From NCBI GenBank assembly GCA_913063225.1, contig CAJXYP010000002.1, positions 21,756-85,755 of the forward strand: DNA of 64,000 nt. The letters are read 5' to 3'. The position numbers and the translations under genes were made by a program. The notes under the pieces are model-generated. The model was given only the letters and a program-made list of their open reading frames with translations. It was not told the origin of the DNA and made no database searches. The stretch comes from an uncultured Cellvibrionales bacterium (GTDB lineage Bacteria > Pseudomonadota > Gammaproteobacteria > Pseudomonadales > GM7GCV1). This document shows positions 30,419 to 42,109 of this stretch, one piece after another (position 1 is the first letter of the stretch; each line of letters starts with the position of its first letter).

Positions 30419-32686
30419 TTAGTGAATTTCTTTGAAATATTCGCGATTTAGTAACCAAACCAATACAAACAGAAAACCCAAGAACAGCAAAACAGTTGTT
30501 CCCATTTCACGTCTCTGTTGAGCCATCGGCTCGGCCATATAAGCAAGATAGTTTGTTAAGTCATGGGCTACCTGATCAAACTCTTCCGGCGTCAACATTC
30601 CTTCGTAGACAAGTTCATAGGTGCCACATGGGTCTTCGAGTAAGGGCTCTCCTGTTAAAGGGTCCTGCTTAACGCCACCGTTGTGAGCGACAACAGGGCC
30701 AGGTGCACATCGCTGGAGCCCCTGCACTTCGAGCAGTGCGTGTGGCATCCCAACATCAGGAAATACTTTGTTATTTACACCCATGGGACGACTATCATCC
30801 TGGTAAAAATTCTTGAGATAGGTATACACCCATTCAGGAGAGCGCACTCGAGTTACCAAAGTAAGGTCCGGAGGAGCGATACCAAACCAAGCCTTCCCAT
30901 CATCTTCGCGCATCGGCCCCTCGATTAGGTCTCCAATTTTTTGGTCGCCTAATACCAGAGTGCTCATCATAATTTCTTCGGGGATTTGCAGGTCTTCCGC
31001 CACGCGACCGTATCGTGCGTACTGGGTGGAGTGACATCCGTAGCAGTAGTTCATGTACCACTTCGCTCCGTTTTGCAGCGATACTTTGTCGGTAGGGTCG
31101 ATATGTATATGTTCACATTCGATAGTTCCACAATGAAACTCTGTTTCAGCGCCTACGGCTTTTATCGGAATAAATACAATGAAGCCTACGGCGATCAATC
31201 CAAGGAAGAATGCTTTGTACCCCTGACCACCATCCATAGTAATTCTAGCCGGTGGCTCTTGAGTTACATTGCGTGCGGTCAAGCGTGGAAGCATCGCAAA
31301 AAACACTGCTAGCGCCAGCGAGATTCCACCAACCAAATATGAGGGATGAACTAGTCTAACGCCATCAACCACCTGCCCGTAAAAACTCCCGTTAGTTACA
31401 TTCATCACCGTCAGCAGAAAGAATGCCAGAGCGTATATACCGCTCAAAATATATTGAATGGGCTTAGAGCAAGCATCTTTATTAGTCCAAACAGGCATGG
31501 TTATAAAAAAGCCAAAGTAAAAAACCACTGCGACCTGAGCCAAAAGCGTTCTTGCTTCGGTTGGAGCTTTAACACCCAAAATTCCAAGAATAATGAAGCA
31601 TGCCGCAAACGCGATCATCATCGCTTTGGTTAGATTGCCCCGGTAGCGAACAGACTTTGCTGTGCTTCTATCCAGCCAAGGCAGTACAAACAGAACCGCT
31701 ATTGCGCCACCCATAGCCATAAACCCACCCAGCTTTGCGGTGATACCGCCTATTGGGAAAGTAACCGCCCTAAGCATGGAATAGAAAGGCGTGAAGTACC
31801 AAACCGGCGCGATATGCTCAGGTGTCTTAAGCGGGTTAGCCTCTTCAAAATTCGCGTGCTCTAAGAAGTAGCCACCCATCTCAGGGAAGAAAAAGATAAT
31901 CGCGCAGAATACGAATAGAAACACGACAATTGCGGTTAAATCATGCACCGGCAAATAGTACGGATAGAAAGGAATACCATCTAGGGGCTTGCCCTTTTCA
32001 TCTTTGGTTGCCTTAATCTCAACGCCATCAGGGTTATTTGAACCCACTTCATGCAGCGCAAGAATATGCAAAACTACTAGAGCCAAAAGCACGATTGGAA
32101 CAGCAACAACGTGCAGAGACATAAAGCGATTTAGGGTAATACCGGAGATTAGATAGTCACCCCGAATCCATTCAACTATGGACTCACCAACCACGGGGAT
32201 TGCGCCAAACAGAGAAATAATTACCTGAGCACCCCAGAAGGACATTTGCCCCCATGGAAGCACATAACCCAAAAAGGCTTCCGCCATCAGGGCCACATAT
32301 ATGGTCATGCCGAAGATCCATACCAGCTCTCGGGGAGCTCTATAAGAGCCGTACAAAAGCCCGCGGAACATATGCATGTAGATCACAAGGAAAAAAGCCG
32401 AGGCTCCTGTGGAGTGCATATAACGGATGATCCAGCCCATTTCAACATCTCGCATGATGTATTCAACGGAGGCAAAGGCTCGTTCCGAAGAGCCTTCAAA
32501 ACTCATTAACAACCAGACACCCGTACCCAACTGGATAACCAATATTACTAAAGACAGAACGCCAAAGAAGTACCAGAAATTAAAGTTCTTCGGAGCATAG
32601 TACTCCGACATATGATATTTCCATTGACCCTGCAGACCAGGAACGCGGCGATCTACCCAATTACAAAGAGATGTAACCCAACCCAT
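30419..32686 (-). CDS. Cytochrome bc1 complex: cytochrome b fused in frame to cytochrome c1 (FbcH-like single ORF, 755 aa)
   Basis: Residues 1 to about 405 are cytochrome b, with haem-ligand His in RYMHSTG, YMHMFRG, SLHVV and VLHILALH and the Qo motif PVWY. Residues about 514 to 755 are cytochrome c1, with CYGCH haem c site, PPDLTLV, VGMPH and a C-terminal TM anchor. No stop codon separates them. Confidence 0.9.
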   Translation of the reverse strand: MGWVTSLCNWVDRRVPGLQGQWKYHMSEYYAPKNFNFWYFFGVLSLVILVIQLGTGVWLLMSFEGSSERAFASVEYIMRDVEMGWIIRYMHSTGASAFFLVIYMHMFRGLLYGSYRAPRELVWIFGMTIYVALMAEAFLGYVLPWGQMSFWGAQVIISLFGAIPVVGESIVEWIRGDYLISGITLNRFMSLHVVAVPIVLLALVVLHILALHEVGSNNPDGVEIKATKDEKGKPLDGIPFYPYYLPVHDLTAIVVFLFVFCAIIFFFPEMGGYFLEHANFEEANPLKTPEHIAPVWYFTPFYSMLRAVTFPIGGITAKLGGFMAMGGAIAVLFVLPWLDRSTAKSVRYRGNLTKAMMIAFAACFIILGILGVKAPTEARTLLAQVAVVFYFGFFITMPVWTNKDACSKPIQYILSGIYALAFFLLTVMNVTNGSFYGQVVDGVRLVHPSYLVGGISLALAVFFAMLPRLTARNVTQEPPARITMDGGQGYKAFFLGLIAVGFIVFIPIKAVGAETEFHCGTIECEHIHIDPTDKVSLQNGAKWYMNYCYGCHSTQYARYGRVAEDLQIPEEIMMSTLVLGDQKIGDLIEGPMREDDGKAWFGIAPPDLTLVTRVRSPEWVYTYLKNFYQDDSRPMGVNNKVFPDVGMPHALLEVQGLQRCAPGPVVAHNGGVKQDPLTGEPLLEDPCGTYELVYEGMLTPEEFDQVAHDLTNYLAYMAEPMAQQRREMGTTVLLFLGFLFVLVWLLNREYFKEIH

Positions 32687-33288
32687 TAGACAGTCTCCTG
32701 GTCTTCGCCAATTACAATGACGCTATCAGTTTCGAAACGATATGGTGGAACTTCGAGGTTAATAGGTGCAGGGACCCCAGAATAAACTCTGCCAGATAAA
32801 TCGAATTTGGAACCGTGGCAGGGGCAGAAAAACCCGCCTAGCCAGGAATCACCACCTAGATCTTCTGCGCCCACTTCCGGACGAAATGTTGGGGCACAAC
32901 CGAGGTGAGTGCAAAGGCCGACCAAGATCAAATACTCCTGATGACCATCGATAGCTCGTGCATCGCCAGTTACATACGCAGGCTGTTGTTCAACTTCTGA
33001 ATCTGGGTCACTCAAATATCTTCGACCTTCAATAAGACTCGCTAAGGCTTCTTCCGTGCGGCGCAATATGTACACAGGTTTTCCGCGCCATTCAACGGTG
33101 ATCATTTGGCCGGGTTCGATCGACCCAATATTTGCGGTAACGGGTGCGCCAGCAGCTTTTGCTTTTGCGCTAGGTACCCAAGACTTTACGAAAGGCACAG
33201 CAGCGTAGCCGACACCAACTGCGCTAACGGTACTGGTGAGACCAGTAAGGATCATGCGGCGGCTTTTGTTTACACCGTCATTACTCAT
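32686..33288 (-). CDS. petA: Ubiquinol-cytochrome c reductase Rieske iron-sulfur subunit
   Basis: CTHLGC and CPCHGS 2Fe-2S boxes and a Tat-like SRRMIL N-terminus. The ATG at 33288 has a GGAGAA RBS. There is a TAATG overlap with the downstream cytochrome b gene. Confidence 0.93.
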   Translation of the reverse strand: MSNDGVNKSRRMILTGLTSTVSAVGVGYAAVPFVKSWVPSAKAKAAGAPVTANIGSIEPGQMITVEWRGKPVYILRRTEEALASLIEGRRYLSDPDSEVEQQPAYVTGDARAIDGHQEYLILVGLCTHLGCAPTFRPEVGAEDLGGDSWLGGFFCPCHGSKFDLSGRVYSGVPAPINLEVPPYRFETDSVIVIGEDQETV

Positions 33289-33454
33289 GGAATTCTCCAA
33301 AAATATCTCTTTTTGATAAGCAGCTTTGCTTTGGTCTGAAGCGTTTTTTCTGCGTAATCTCGATTCAATGGCGAGCACAAAAAAAGCCGCATAATTCTAA
33401 TGAAATTGGCGGTTTCCCGCAAGGAGCAAAGGGGAGTAAAGAAGCTTTTTTGGC

Positions 33455-33485
33455 AATAAAAAAAGGCCCGCTGATGCGGGCCTTT
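33455..33485. terminator. Rho-independent terminator after rpsI (symmetrical A/T flanks)
   Basis: ggcccgc-tgat-gcgggcc stem-loop (33465-33482), flanked by an A-run on the left and a T-run on the right. Confidence 0.7.
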
Positions 33486-33494
33486 TTTGTTCTC

Positions 33495-33884
33495 TTAACG
33501 TTTCGAGAACTGAGGACGTTTTCTTGCTTTGTGCAAGCCGACCTTTTTGCGCTCAACTTCACGCGAATCGCGCGTCACATAACCTGCTTTACGCAAGGCT
33601 GGGCGCATTTCTTCATCATATTCCATAAGAGCTCTGGTAATACCATGTCGCAACGCACCGGCCTGACCAAAACTACCGCCACCTTTAACTGTGGCTTTAA
33701 CGTCAAATTTACCATCTGCTTCCACAGCAATAAATGGCTGTCGCACAATCATGCGTGCAACTTCACGTCCAAAATAATCTTCTAAAGTACGGCCGTTGAT
33801 TTGAACTTGGCCAGTTCCTTTTGTAATAAACACTCGGGCTGTCGAGGTTTTGCGACGCCCTGTTCCGTAATAGGTCTCACTCAT
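33495..33884 (-). CDS. rpsI: 30S ribosomal protein S9
   Basis: [20 protein letters not shown] ... [11 protein letters not shown], the canonical S9 sequence. Confidence 0.97.
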   Translation of the reverse strand: MSETYYGTGRRKTSTARVFITKGTGQVQINGRTLEDYFGREVARMIVRQPFIAVEADGKFDVKATVKGGGSFGQAGALRHGITRALMEYDEEMRPALRKAGYVTRDSREVERKKVGLHKARKRPQFSKR

Positions 33885-33895
33885 GGTCGTCTCTC

Positions 33896-34324
33896 TCAAA
33901 TATCCAGTGGTTTAGGTAGTTGCGCAGCGTGCGGATGCTCAGCTCCAGCATAAATCTTGAGCTTGGTTAGCATCTGCCGACCGAGAGGGCCTCGTGGCAA
34001 CATGCCTTTCACTGCAACCCTGAGGGGACGATCTGGGTGTTCAGCTAGCAATTTCTCGAAGCTGACATCCTTGATTCCACCGGGATAGCCGGTGTGATGA
34101 TAATAAATCTTGTCAGTGGCTTTTTTGCCCGTGACGCGAACTTGACCGGCGTTTACTACGACGATGTAATCGCCCGTATCAACGTGGGGCGTGTATTCAG
34201 GTTTATGCTTGCCGCGCAGGCGGTGGGCAATCTCCGATGCGAGGCGACCTAAAATCTTGTCACTCGCGTCGACGACATACCAGTCGCGCTGTACGGTAGC
34301 TTCATTGGCACTTATAGTCTTCAT
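33896..34324 (-). CDS. rplM: 50S ribosomal protein L13
   Basis: [52 protein letters not shown], the canonical L13 sequence. Confidence 0.97.
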   Translation of the reverse strand: MKTISANEATVQRDWYVVDASDKILGRLASEIAHRLRGKHKPEYTPHVDTGDYIVVVNAGQVRVTGKKATDKIYYHHTGYPGGIKDVSFEKLLAEHPDRPLRVAVKGMLPRGPLGRQMLTKLKIYAGAEHPHAAQLPKPLDI

Positions 34325-34490
34325 GTTATTAGCCTTAGCTTACCGAGTTATCGTTTTAGCGGCCGCCAAATTAGCAGCCAAAAATGGAGCGAGGATTTTA
34401 GTGATCTTTTAATGCTAAATCAACATAAAGCTATTAAATTCACTGGTTTATCTGGAACTGCAACATTCATCGATTATCAGAAGGGTAATC

Positions 34491-34762
34491 TCAATGCGCA
34501 GGCTGTTGGGTGACCCGGAAATTAAAGGCAACCGAAAGCTTTTGAATTTCACCGATCAGCCACTGAAAATCAGCGTTTTCAGATTTATGCAGGTGATTGT
34601 TCGAGTGCCAGCCACCTTGATTGCTTACCTTATTGCCTGAGCCTTGATCCCGCATGGCCAGAATGAGCTTAGCCAAAGAATCTTGATACTCGTCAACCCT
34701 TCCACCTGAATCTCGTAAATCGGAGTCCCGAACGTCGAATTAACACTAATTTTTGGCTGCAT
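34491..34762 (-). pseudogene. Frameshifted, 3'-truncated relic of a putative 2OG-Fe(II) oxygenase-like gene (TIGR02466/PF13759-type)
   Basis: One frame gives MQPKISVNSTFGTPIYEIQVEG. A second frame continues VDEYQDSLAKLILAMRDQGSGNKVSNQGGWHSNNHL...*. The F-TPI start and SNxGGWxS motif recall that family from memory. The reading frame breaks near 34700 and the ORF stops before the expected metal-binding motif. Confidence 0.4.
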
Positions 34763-34796
34763 TATTTTTCGACCATCTTTGACAAAATATCTCTTA

Positions 34797-35912
34797 TTAG
34801 CATTTGTGCGCCCGCGCCAAATACTCCGCGGACTGCATCTCCAGTAGCCGAGATTTGGTTCGTTCAAACTCAAAGCTTAGGCGTCCACCGGAGTATAGTT
34901 CGTCCAATGCCACATCCGCTGATAGGATAAGTTTTACAGACCTATCATAAAACTCATCCACCAAACTAATAAACCGTCGTGCCAAATCATCCTTAGAACT
35001 ATCAAAACGAGGCACGCCATGAATCAATACTGATTGAAACTCACGAGATATTTCTATGTAGTCTGCAGGTGACCTTGGGCCTCCACATATTTGATCGAAG
35101 TCGAACCAGATCACATCTTCAGCCTTTTTACGGAAGGCTATGGGCCGATTTTCTATTTCAATATTTGAATCTACTTTGAGCTCTTCTTCGTCAGCAACCA
35201 GCCGATGGAAATTCGCATCAATAATAGTCTCAGCTGCTATGTCCGCAGGAAAATGGTAGAGCTCCAATTGCTCCAATGTCCTAAGTCGGTAGTCATTTCC
35301 ACCATCTACTTCCAACACACGAGTGTGTTTATTTAGTAGATCGATAGCGGGCAGGAAACGGACTCTCTGCAATCCATCTTTATAAAGATTGTTAGGCACC
35401 ACATTTGAGGTCGCAACCAATGTAACGCCACGATCAAACATCGCCTCAAGTAAAGTTGCCAGAATCATTGCGTCGCCGATATCTGAAACAAAAAACTCAT
35501 CGAAACAAAGCACCCGATATTTGCTGGCAAACCGATCAGCAACCTTCTCTAGTGGATCTTTTTCTCCCTGCAGTGCCTTCAGCTCCGCATGCACCAGCCT
35601 CATAAACCTATGGAAATGTAGCCGCTGTTTTTCTTTAAAGGGAAGTGAATCAAAAAAGATGTCCATCAAATAGGTCTTGCCACGGCCTACCCCACCCCAA
35701 AGGTACAAACCTCGCACCGGGTCTAAAGATGAACCACCACCAAATAACCGGGCCCAAATGGATGTCTGTTTTTTTTGCGCTACTAAGTCTTTATAGAGCC
35801 CTTGCAACTGCTCCACTGCCATCTTCTGAGCAGCGTCTTTAACAAATCCCTCTCTATCAAGATCGTCTAGGTAATGTTGCATTGGAGTGCGACTTGACAT
35901 TACGGGGCTCAT
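34797..35912 (-). CDS. zapE: Cell division protein ZapE (AFG1-like ATPase)
   Basis: Walker A GGVGRGKTYLMD and Walker B VLCFDEF; adjacent to rplM-rpsI as in E. coli. Confidence 0.9.
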   Translation of the reverse strand: MSPVMSSRTPMQHYLDDLDREGFVKDAAQKMAVEQLQGLYKDLVAQKKQTSIWARLFGGGSSLDPVRGLYLWGGVGRGKTYLMDIFFDSLPFKEKQRLHFHRFMRLVHAELKALQGEKDPLEKVADRFASKYRVLCFDEFFVSDIGDAMILATLLEAMFDRGVTLVATSNVVPNNLYKDGLQRVRFLPAIDLLNKHTRVLEVDGGNDYRLRTLEQLELYHFPADIAAETIIDANFHRLVADEEELKVDSNIEIENRPIAFRKKAEDVIWFDFDQICGGPRSPADYIEISREFQSVLIHGVPRFDSSKDDLARRFISLVDEFYDRSVKLILSADVALDELYSGGRLSFEFERTKSRLLEMQSAEYLARAHKC

Positions 35913-36580
35913 TTAAAAGCGCCTGATCTTTGCACGGAATCAAGAGCAAGATTTATTTGCTCGGAAAGATCTTGAAGCTTGCCATGGAAAAAATGCCCAA
36001 CATCTTCAAACCAATAGAATGTAGATTCAGACTTAATTCGACCAGCCCAATCCTTAACCAACGCTGGCTCCACAATGTCGTCTGCACTACCCTGATAGAT
36101 AGATACAGCGCTGGGGTATTGCGTTTCGTAGGCCGATTCATATTTGCCAATTGGCGGAGCTACTAGAATCAGGTGAACAACATCCTCGCGCCGTGAAGCC
36201 ACTATCGAAGCCACACCGGAACCAAAAGAAAAGCCCGCCAAAATAAATTTCTGACCTGGTCGCTCCTTGGCCAATAAATTCAGCAAGAGATCCAAATCTT
36301 CGGACTCACCTCGCATATCGTCATGCACGCCCTCACTTTTACCAACACCGCGAAAATTAAAGCGCAAATGATTGAGCCCTCTATTGCGAAAAACCCGCGC
36401 GAGAGTGGTAACAACTTTGTTGTCCATGGTTCCGCTATAGAGAGGGTGTGGATGGCAAATAACCGCAATGGGCGCATGCTGCAAATATTTATCCGCATTA
36501 CCGGCCTTGGTTCTGCACTGGATCACCCCGGCAGTGCCTGGAACTAGGTATTCTTTTTCTTCGACGGAAAATTCTATCAT
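35909..36580 (-). CDS. Alpha/beta-fold hydrolase (COG2945-like)
   Basis: ICHPHPLYSGTMDNKVV N-terminal motif, nucleophile elbow GFSFG, and a C-terminal HFF motif. ATGA overlap with zapE. Confidence 0.8.
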   Translation of the reverse strand: MIEFSVEEKEYLVPGTAGVIQCRTKAGNADKYLQHAPIAVICHPHPLYSGTMDNKVVTTLARVFRNRGLNHLRFNFRGVGKSEGVHDDMRGESEDLDLLLNLLAKERPGQKFILAGFSFGSGVASIVASRREDVVHLILVAPPIGKYESAYETQYPSAVSIYQGSADDIVEPALVKDWAGRIKSESTFYWFEDVGHFFHGKLQDLSEQINLALDSVQRSGAFK

Positions 36581-36758
36581 TTGGACTGCTTTTTAAAGCG
36601 CCTTAGTTTGCGTTGTTTGAATCAATAGGTAACACTTTTGGGCTGCGGATGTTAACCCGTACTAGGCGCGAACACTATTTGATGGTAATTACGAAGAAAG
36701 TAGCGCTCAAGATTCGGCAGATTTATCGAAATATACTAGCCCAGGAGCAACAAGGCAG

Positions 36759-37898
36759 ATGCCAACAAAGCGACATTTTTTAAGCTATTTTTGGCCAGTG
36801 ATATGCGGGCTATTAGTTGCCGCCATTCTGGCATTGGTGGCACCTGATCTCGTTGGGCTGCGCTCTTCTGAACCTGAAACCCAAGACTCCGCTCCATCCA
36901 ATATTGGCGACAATCGCCTGGGACCTGTTTCCTACTCAGATGCCGTATCACGCGCCGCACCTTCGGTTGTTAGTATCTACGCTCGCGTGCCGGTACCCCA
37001 GGCCCAGAATCAGCTATTTGACGATCCGTTTTTTAGGCAATTCTTCGATACCGAATCGAACCAAGCCCAATACGACATCAAATCCGGCGCCGGAGTAATT
37101 ATTAGTGGGGAGGGGCATATTCTAACCAACCGTCACTTAATAGATGGCTCTGATCAAATCGGCATAGTTACTGCGGACGGCAGACAAGCGGCTGCAGAGG
37201 TTATTGGGATTGACGCAGAAACCGATTTGGCAGTGCTGATTACCGACCTTGAAGATACAACTGCTATTAGTATCGGAGATTCAGAGAGCGTTGCGGTTGG
37301 AGATATTGTTCTTGCGATCGGTAATCCCTTTGGCCGTGGCCAAACTGTAACTCAAGGCATTGTTAGCGCAACGGGCCGCAACTTATTGGATCTGAGCGTT
37401 TTTGTGAATTTTCTGCAAACCGATGCAGCCATCAATGAAGGTAACTCGGGCGGTGCACTAATAGACGTATATGGAAACCTAATTGGCATCAATACGGCGG
37501 TGATTAACGTAACTGGTGCAGAGGGCATTAGCTTTTCAATTCCCGCAGATATGGCTGTCGACGTAGTCCGACAAATAGTCGAAAACGGAGCTGTTATGAG
37601 AGGCTGGGTAGGTATTTCCGCCGGCGACCTAAAAACTCAACTGGCACAATCTCTCGAACTAGAAACATCTAGAGCAATGATGGTTACTGGACTTGATACA
37701 GAAGGCCCAGCTAGATCAGCCGGCATGGAAGAAGGCGACATTATTGTGAGCATCAACGATGAGCCTCTAATAGATGGCCGCCAGGTACTGGAATTGATAT
37801 CGAATACTAAACCCGGCGAGCTCCTTGCATTCGGCGTCTACCGAAATAATCGCAATATAAATATTCAGGTCCGCGCGGCCGTTAGACCGAGTAACTAG
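36759..37898 (+). CDS. Membrane-anchored trypsin-like serine protease with one PDZ domain (DegS/AlgW family)
   Basis: N-terminal TM helix, catalytic triad context HILTNRHLI / DLAVL / GNSGGALID, and a single C-terminal PDZ domain. Confidence 0.85.
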   Translation: MPTKRHFLSYFWPVICGLLVAAILALVAPDLVGLRSSEPETQDSAPSNIGDNRLGPVSYSDAVSRAAPSVVSIYARVPVPQAQNQLFDDPFFRQFFDTESNQAQYDIKSGAGVIISGEGHILTNRHLIDGSDQIGIVTADGRQAAAEVIGIDAETDLAVLITDLEDTTAISIGDSESVAVGDIVLAIGNPFGRGQTVTQGIVSATGRNLLDLSVFVNFLQTDAAINEGNSGGALIDVYGNLIGINTAVINVTGAEGISFSIPADMAVDVVRQIVENGAVMRGWVGISAGDLKTQLAQSLELETSRAMMVTGLDTEGPARSAGMEEGDIIVSINDEPLIDGRQVLELISNTKPGELLAFGVYRNNRNINIQVRAAVRPSN

Positions 37899-39217
37899 TC
37901 AGTGGGTGAACTATTAGGCTCGATTCGGTATTCCGCTGATCTGGCATGCGCAGTTAAAGATTCACTGCGCGCTAATACCGAAGCAGTTTTTGCCAAGGCA
38001 ACAGCACCCTCTTTCGAGCAGCCAATAATAGAAGACCTTTTCTGAAAATCGTAAACGCCCAAGGGAGATGAAAATCTCGCTGTAGCCGAAGTGGGGAGTA
38101 CGTGATTAGGCCCAGCACAATAATCTCCAATTGCTTCAGGAGAATACGCCCCCAAAAATATGGCTCCGGCATTTTTTACTTCAGACAACCAGCTTTCAGG
38201 CTCTTCAACAGCTAGCTCCAAGTGCTCGGGAGAGAGTAAATTGGATATTGAAATTGCCTCAGTAATATCTGTGCATTTGATTAGCAGGCCCTTGCTTTGC
38301 ATGCTCGCACGAGCGACTGTCTCGCGCTCTAAGGTGGTTATCAGCCGCTCAACTTCAGCGGCCACCTGCTCCAGATAATCTTGATCAGGCGTTATCAGTA
38401 TGGACTGAGCGACTTCGTCGTGTTCCGCTTGCGACAGAAGATCCATAGCAACCCATTCAGGATTCACCGAACCATCTCCGACAATCAATATCTCAGATGG
38501 GCCAGCAACCATATCTATTCCAACCCGCCCAAATAACTGGCGTTTTGCCGCTGCAACATAGCTGTTCCCAGGGCCAACGATTTTATCCACTGAAGGTACG
38601 GTTTCTGTACCAAACGCCAGAGCGGCGACCGCTTGAGCTCCGCCGACTCTAAAAACTTGATCCACTCCGGCAATTTTGGCAGCCGCCAAAACCAATGGAT
38701 TGAAACTAGCATCTGGAGTCGGGGTAACCATTATTAGCTGGTCGACTCCGGCAACCTTAGCCGGTATAGCATTCATCAAAACTGATGAAGGGTATGAGGC
38801 TTTCCCTCCTGGCACATAAATACCAACGCGCTCTATAGGGGTTATCTGTTGACCCAAAAGATTGCCAAGCTCGTCTTTATAACTCCAAGAACCCTGGGTT
38901 TGTTTCTGGTGATAGCCTCTAATCCTCTGCGCAGCTAGCTCCAATGCAGCCAACTCGTTTTCATCACAAGCGGAAACGGCAGTTTCTATTTCAGCGTCGC
39001 TAACGCGCAATCCGGCGGCCTGCTCCGGCGACCATCTATCTAACTCTTGAGTCAACTTTAGAAGCTGAGGGTCACCCTCAGTTCGAATCAATTCCAGAAT
39101 ATCGGCAACGCGCTGTTCGACGGCAGCCATATCGCCATTTTGCCACTGCGTTCGTCTATTCAGCTCAGCAGAGAAGTCCCCCTGAGCACTATTCAGACGA
39201 GTAATTTTTAGGCTCAC
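37895..39217 (-). CDS. hisD: Histidinol dehydrogenase
   Basis: [18 protein letters not shown] and [10 protein letters not shown] motifs. GTG start overlapping the hisG stop. Confidence 0.95.
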   Translation of the reverse strand: MSLKITRLNSAQGDFSAELNRRTQWQNGDMAAVEQRVADILELIRTEGDPQLLKLTQELDRWSPEQAAGLRVSDAEIETAVSACDENELAALELAAQRIRGYHQKQTQGSWSYKDELGNLLGQQITPIERVGIYVPGGKASYPSSVLMNAIPAKVAGVDQLIMVTPTPDASFNPLVLAAAKIAGVDQVFRVGGAQAVAALAFGTETVPSVDKIVGPGNSYVAAAKRQLFGRVGIDMVAGPSEILIVGDGSVNPEWVAMDLLSQAEHDEVAQSILITPDQDYLEQVAAEVERLITTLERETVARASMQSKGLLIKCTDITEAISISNLLSPEHLELAVEEPESWLSEVKNAGAIFLGAYSPEAIGDYCAGPNHVLPTSATARFSSPLGVYDFQKRSSIIGCSKEGAVALAKTASVLARSESLTAHARSAEYRIEPNSSPTD

Positions 39218-39843
39218 GCGGAAGCGTCCAGGTAGGCCTCGATGCGCTCAACAATAGGCATCAATTGGGCATGTTTGGTTTTGAACGCGGCTTTGTTAAC
39301 CACAAGGCGAGTAGATATCTCCGCTATCATATCTACTGGCTCTAAACCATTGGCTTTCAAAGTATTTCCTGTGTCAACTATATCGACAATTTCGTCGGCC
39401 AGATCAAGTAGGGGCGCAACTTCCATTGCACCGTACAATTTGACTATTTCAACCTGTCGCCCCTGATCGGCATAGTGCCTTCGGGCGACTTCCGTAAATT
39501 TGGTAGCTACACGAATGCGCCCAGTGCTTGGTTTGGCTCCCTTGATGGCAGCGGTCATCAATCTGCATTTAGCTATGCTCAGATCAAGCAATTCATATAG
39601 GTTGTCGCCACCCACTTCCATTAGGACGTCTTTGCCCGATATACCTAGGTCAGCAGAACCTCTTTTTACATAGGTAGGCACATCAGATCCGCGAAGCACT
39701 ACTAACCGCACATCTTGCTGATTAGTTTGAAAGATAAGCTTCCGGCTGGATGCAATATCGCATTCCGGCACAATACCCGCCGCCTCCAATAGCGGCAGTG
39801 TTTCAGAAAGTATTCGCCCTTTTGTCAGCGCGATAGTAATCAT
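39214..39843 (-). CDS. hisG: ATP phosphoribosyltransferase, short form (HisZ-dependent type)
   Basis: [11 protein letters not shown]... and [14 protein letters not shown] motifs. At 209 aa it lacks the C-terminal regulatory domain. Confidence 0.93.
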   Translation of the reverse strand: MITIALTKGRILSETLPLLEAAGIVPECDIASSRKLIFQTNQQDVRLVVLRGSDVPTYVKRGSADLGISGKDVLMEVGGDNLYELLDLSIAKCRLMTAAIKGAKPSTGRIRVATKFTEVARRHYADQGRQVEIVKLYGAMEVAPLLDLADEIVDIVDTGNTLKANGLEPVDMIAEISTRLVVNKAAFKTKHAQLMPIVERIEAYLDASA

Positions 39844-39868
39844 AGTAATTCTCTAGTATTCCGAAGGA

Positions 39869-41367
<1,499 letters not shown>

Positions 41368-41434
41368 TTTTTCTTCTTATGCTGCTTAAATTTAGCTTAT
41401 TAGGGCAAGAGTACTGGGCGAATTCATCGCGACC

Positions 41435-42043
41435 CTAGTCTTCCGAAGACCAAGACGAGATTACCAGATCAATGTCACCATCAAATTTTCGTGCTGATTG
41501 TGCGAATTGATTTCTAAAGGTACTGCCTAAGTTAATTCCATCTATAACTACATTCACCAATAGCCAGCGCCCATCGGGTTCGCGCCTCATAGAGTAGTCT
41601 AGATCCATTTCATTGCTGCCGGATTTCAGCTCCTGCTTGACCGTCACCGTTTGCGCGCCTTCGGCTCCATCGACGGACATCACCGTAAAGTCAGCCTGGT
41701 CTATACCCAGCAATCCTTTTGAATAAGTTTGAACCAATGATTGCTGGAAAGCCTCAACGAATTCAGAACGTTGTTCCGCGTTGGATGCCCGATAATAGGT
41801 AGCGTCCATGACCAAATAAGCCATCCGCTGAAAGTTAATATTGTCTCCCAAAGCCTCTTCTATTGATTCAAAATATATCTCTGGATCTTCGTCATATTCG
41901 CCCCTGTGCAGTTGCACAGCAGCAAGGACATCCGTAGTAACTTGGAATACCACCTGTGCAGGATCAGACATATCCTGTGCCAAAGTTAGCTGCGTGCTAA
42001 GCAGCCAAATTAAAATACTTGTTAAACAAAATCGCGCGTACAT
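41435..42043 (-). CDS. mlaC: Periplasmic phospholipid-binding protein MlaC (Ttg2D family)
   Basis: Signal peptide MYARFCLTSILIWLLSTQLTLAQD from the ATG at 42043. MAYLVMDATYYRASNAEQRSEFVEAFQQSLVQTY and WLLVNVVIDGINLGSTFRNQF align with E. coli MlaC blocks. Confidence 0.8.
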   Translation of the reverse strand: MYARFCLTSILIWLLSTQLTLAQDMSDPAQVVFQVTTDVLAAVQLHRGEYDEDPEIYFESIEEALGDNINFQRMAYLVMDATYYRASNAEQRSEFVEAFQQSLVQTYSKGLLGIDQADFTVMSVDGAEGAQTVTVKQELKSGSNEMDLDYSMRREPDGRWLLVNVVIDGINLGSTFRNQFAQSARKFDGDIDLVISSWSSED

Positions 42044-42109
42044 CAAAAACAATCACTCATGCAGAAAAAAGGGTTTGTGGGCTGACACCGAAGGCCTCGA
42101 ACTATACCA

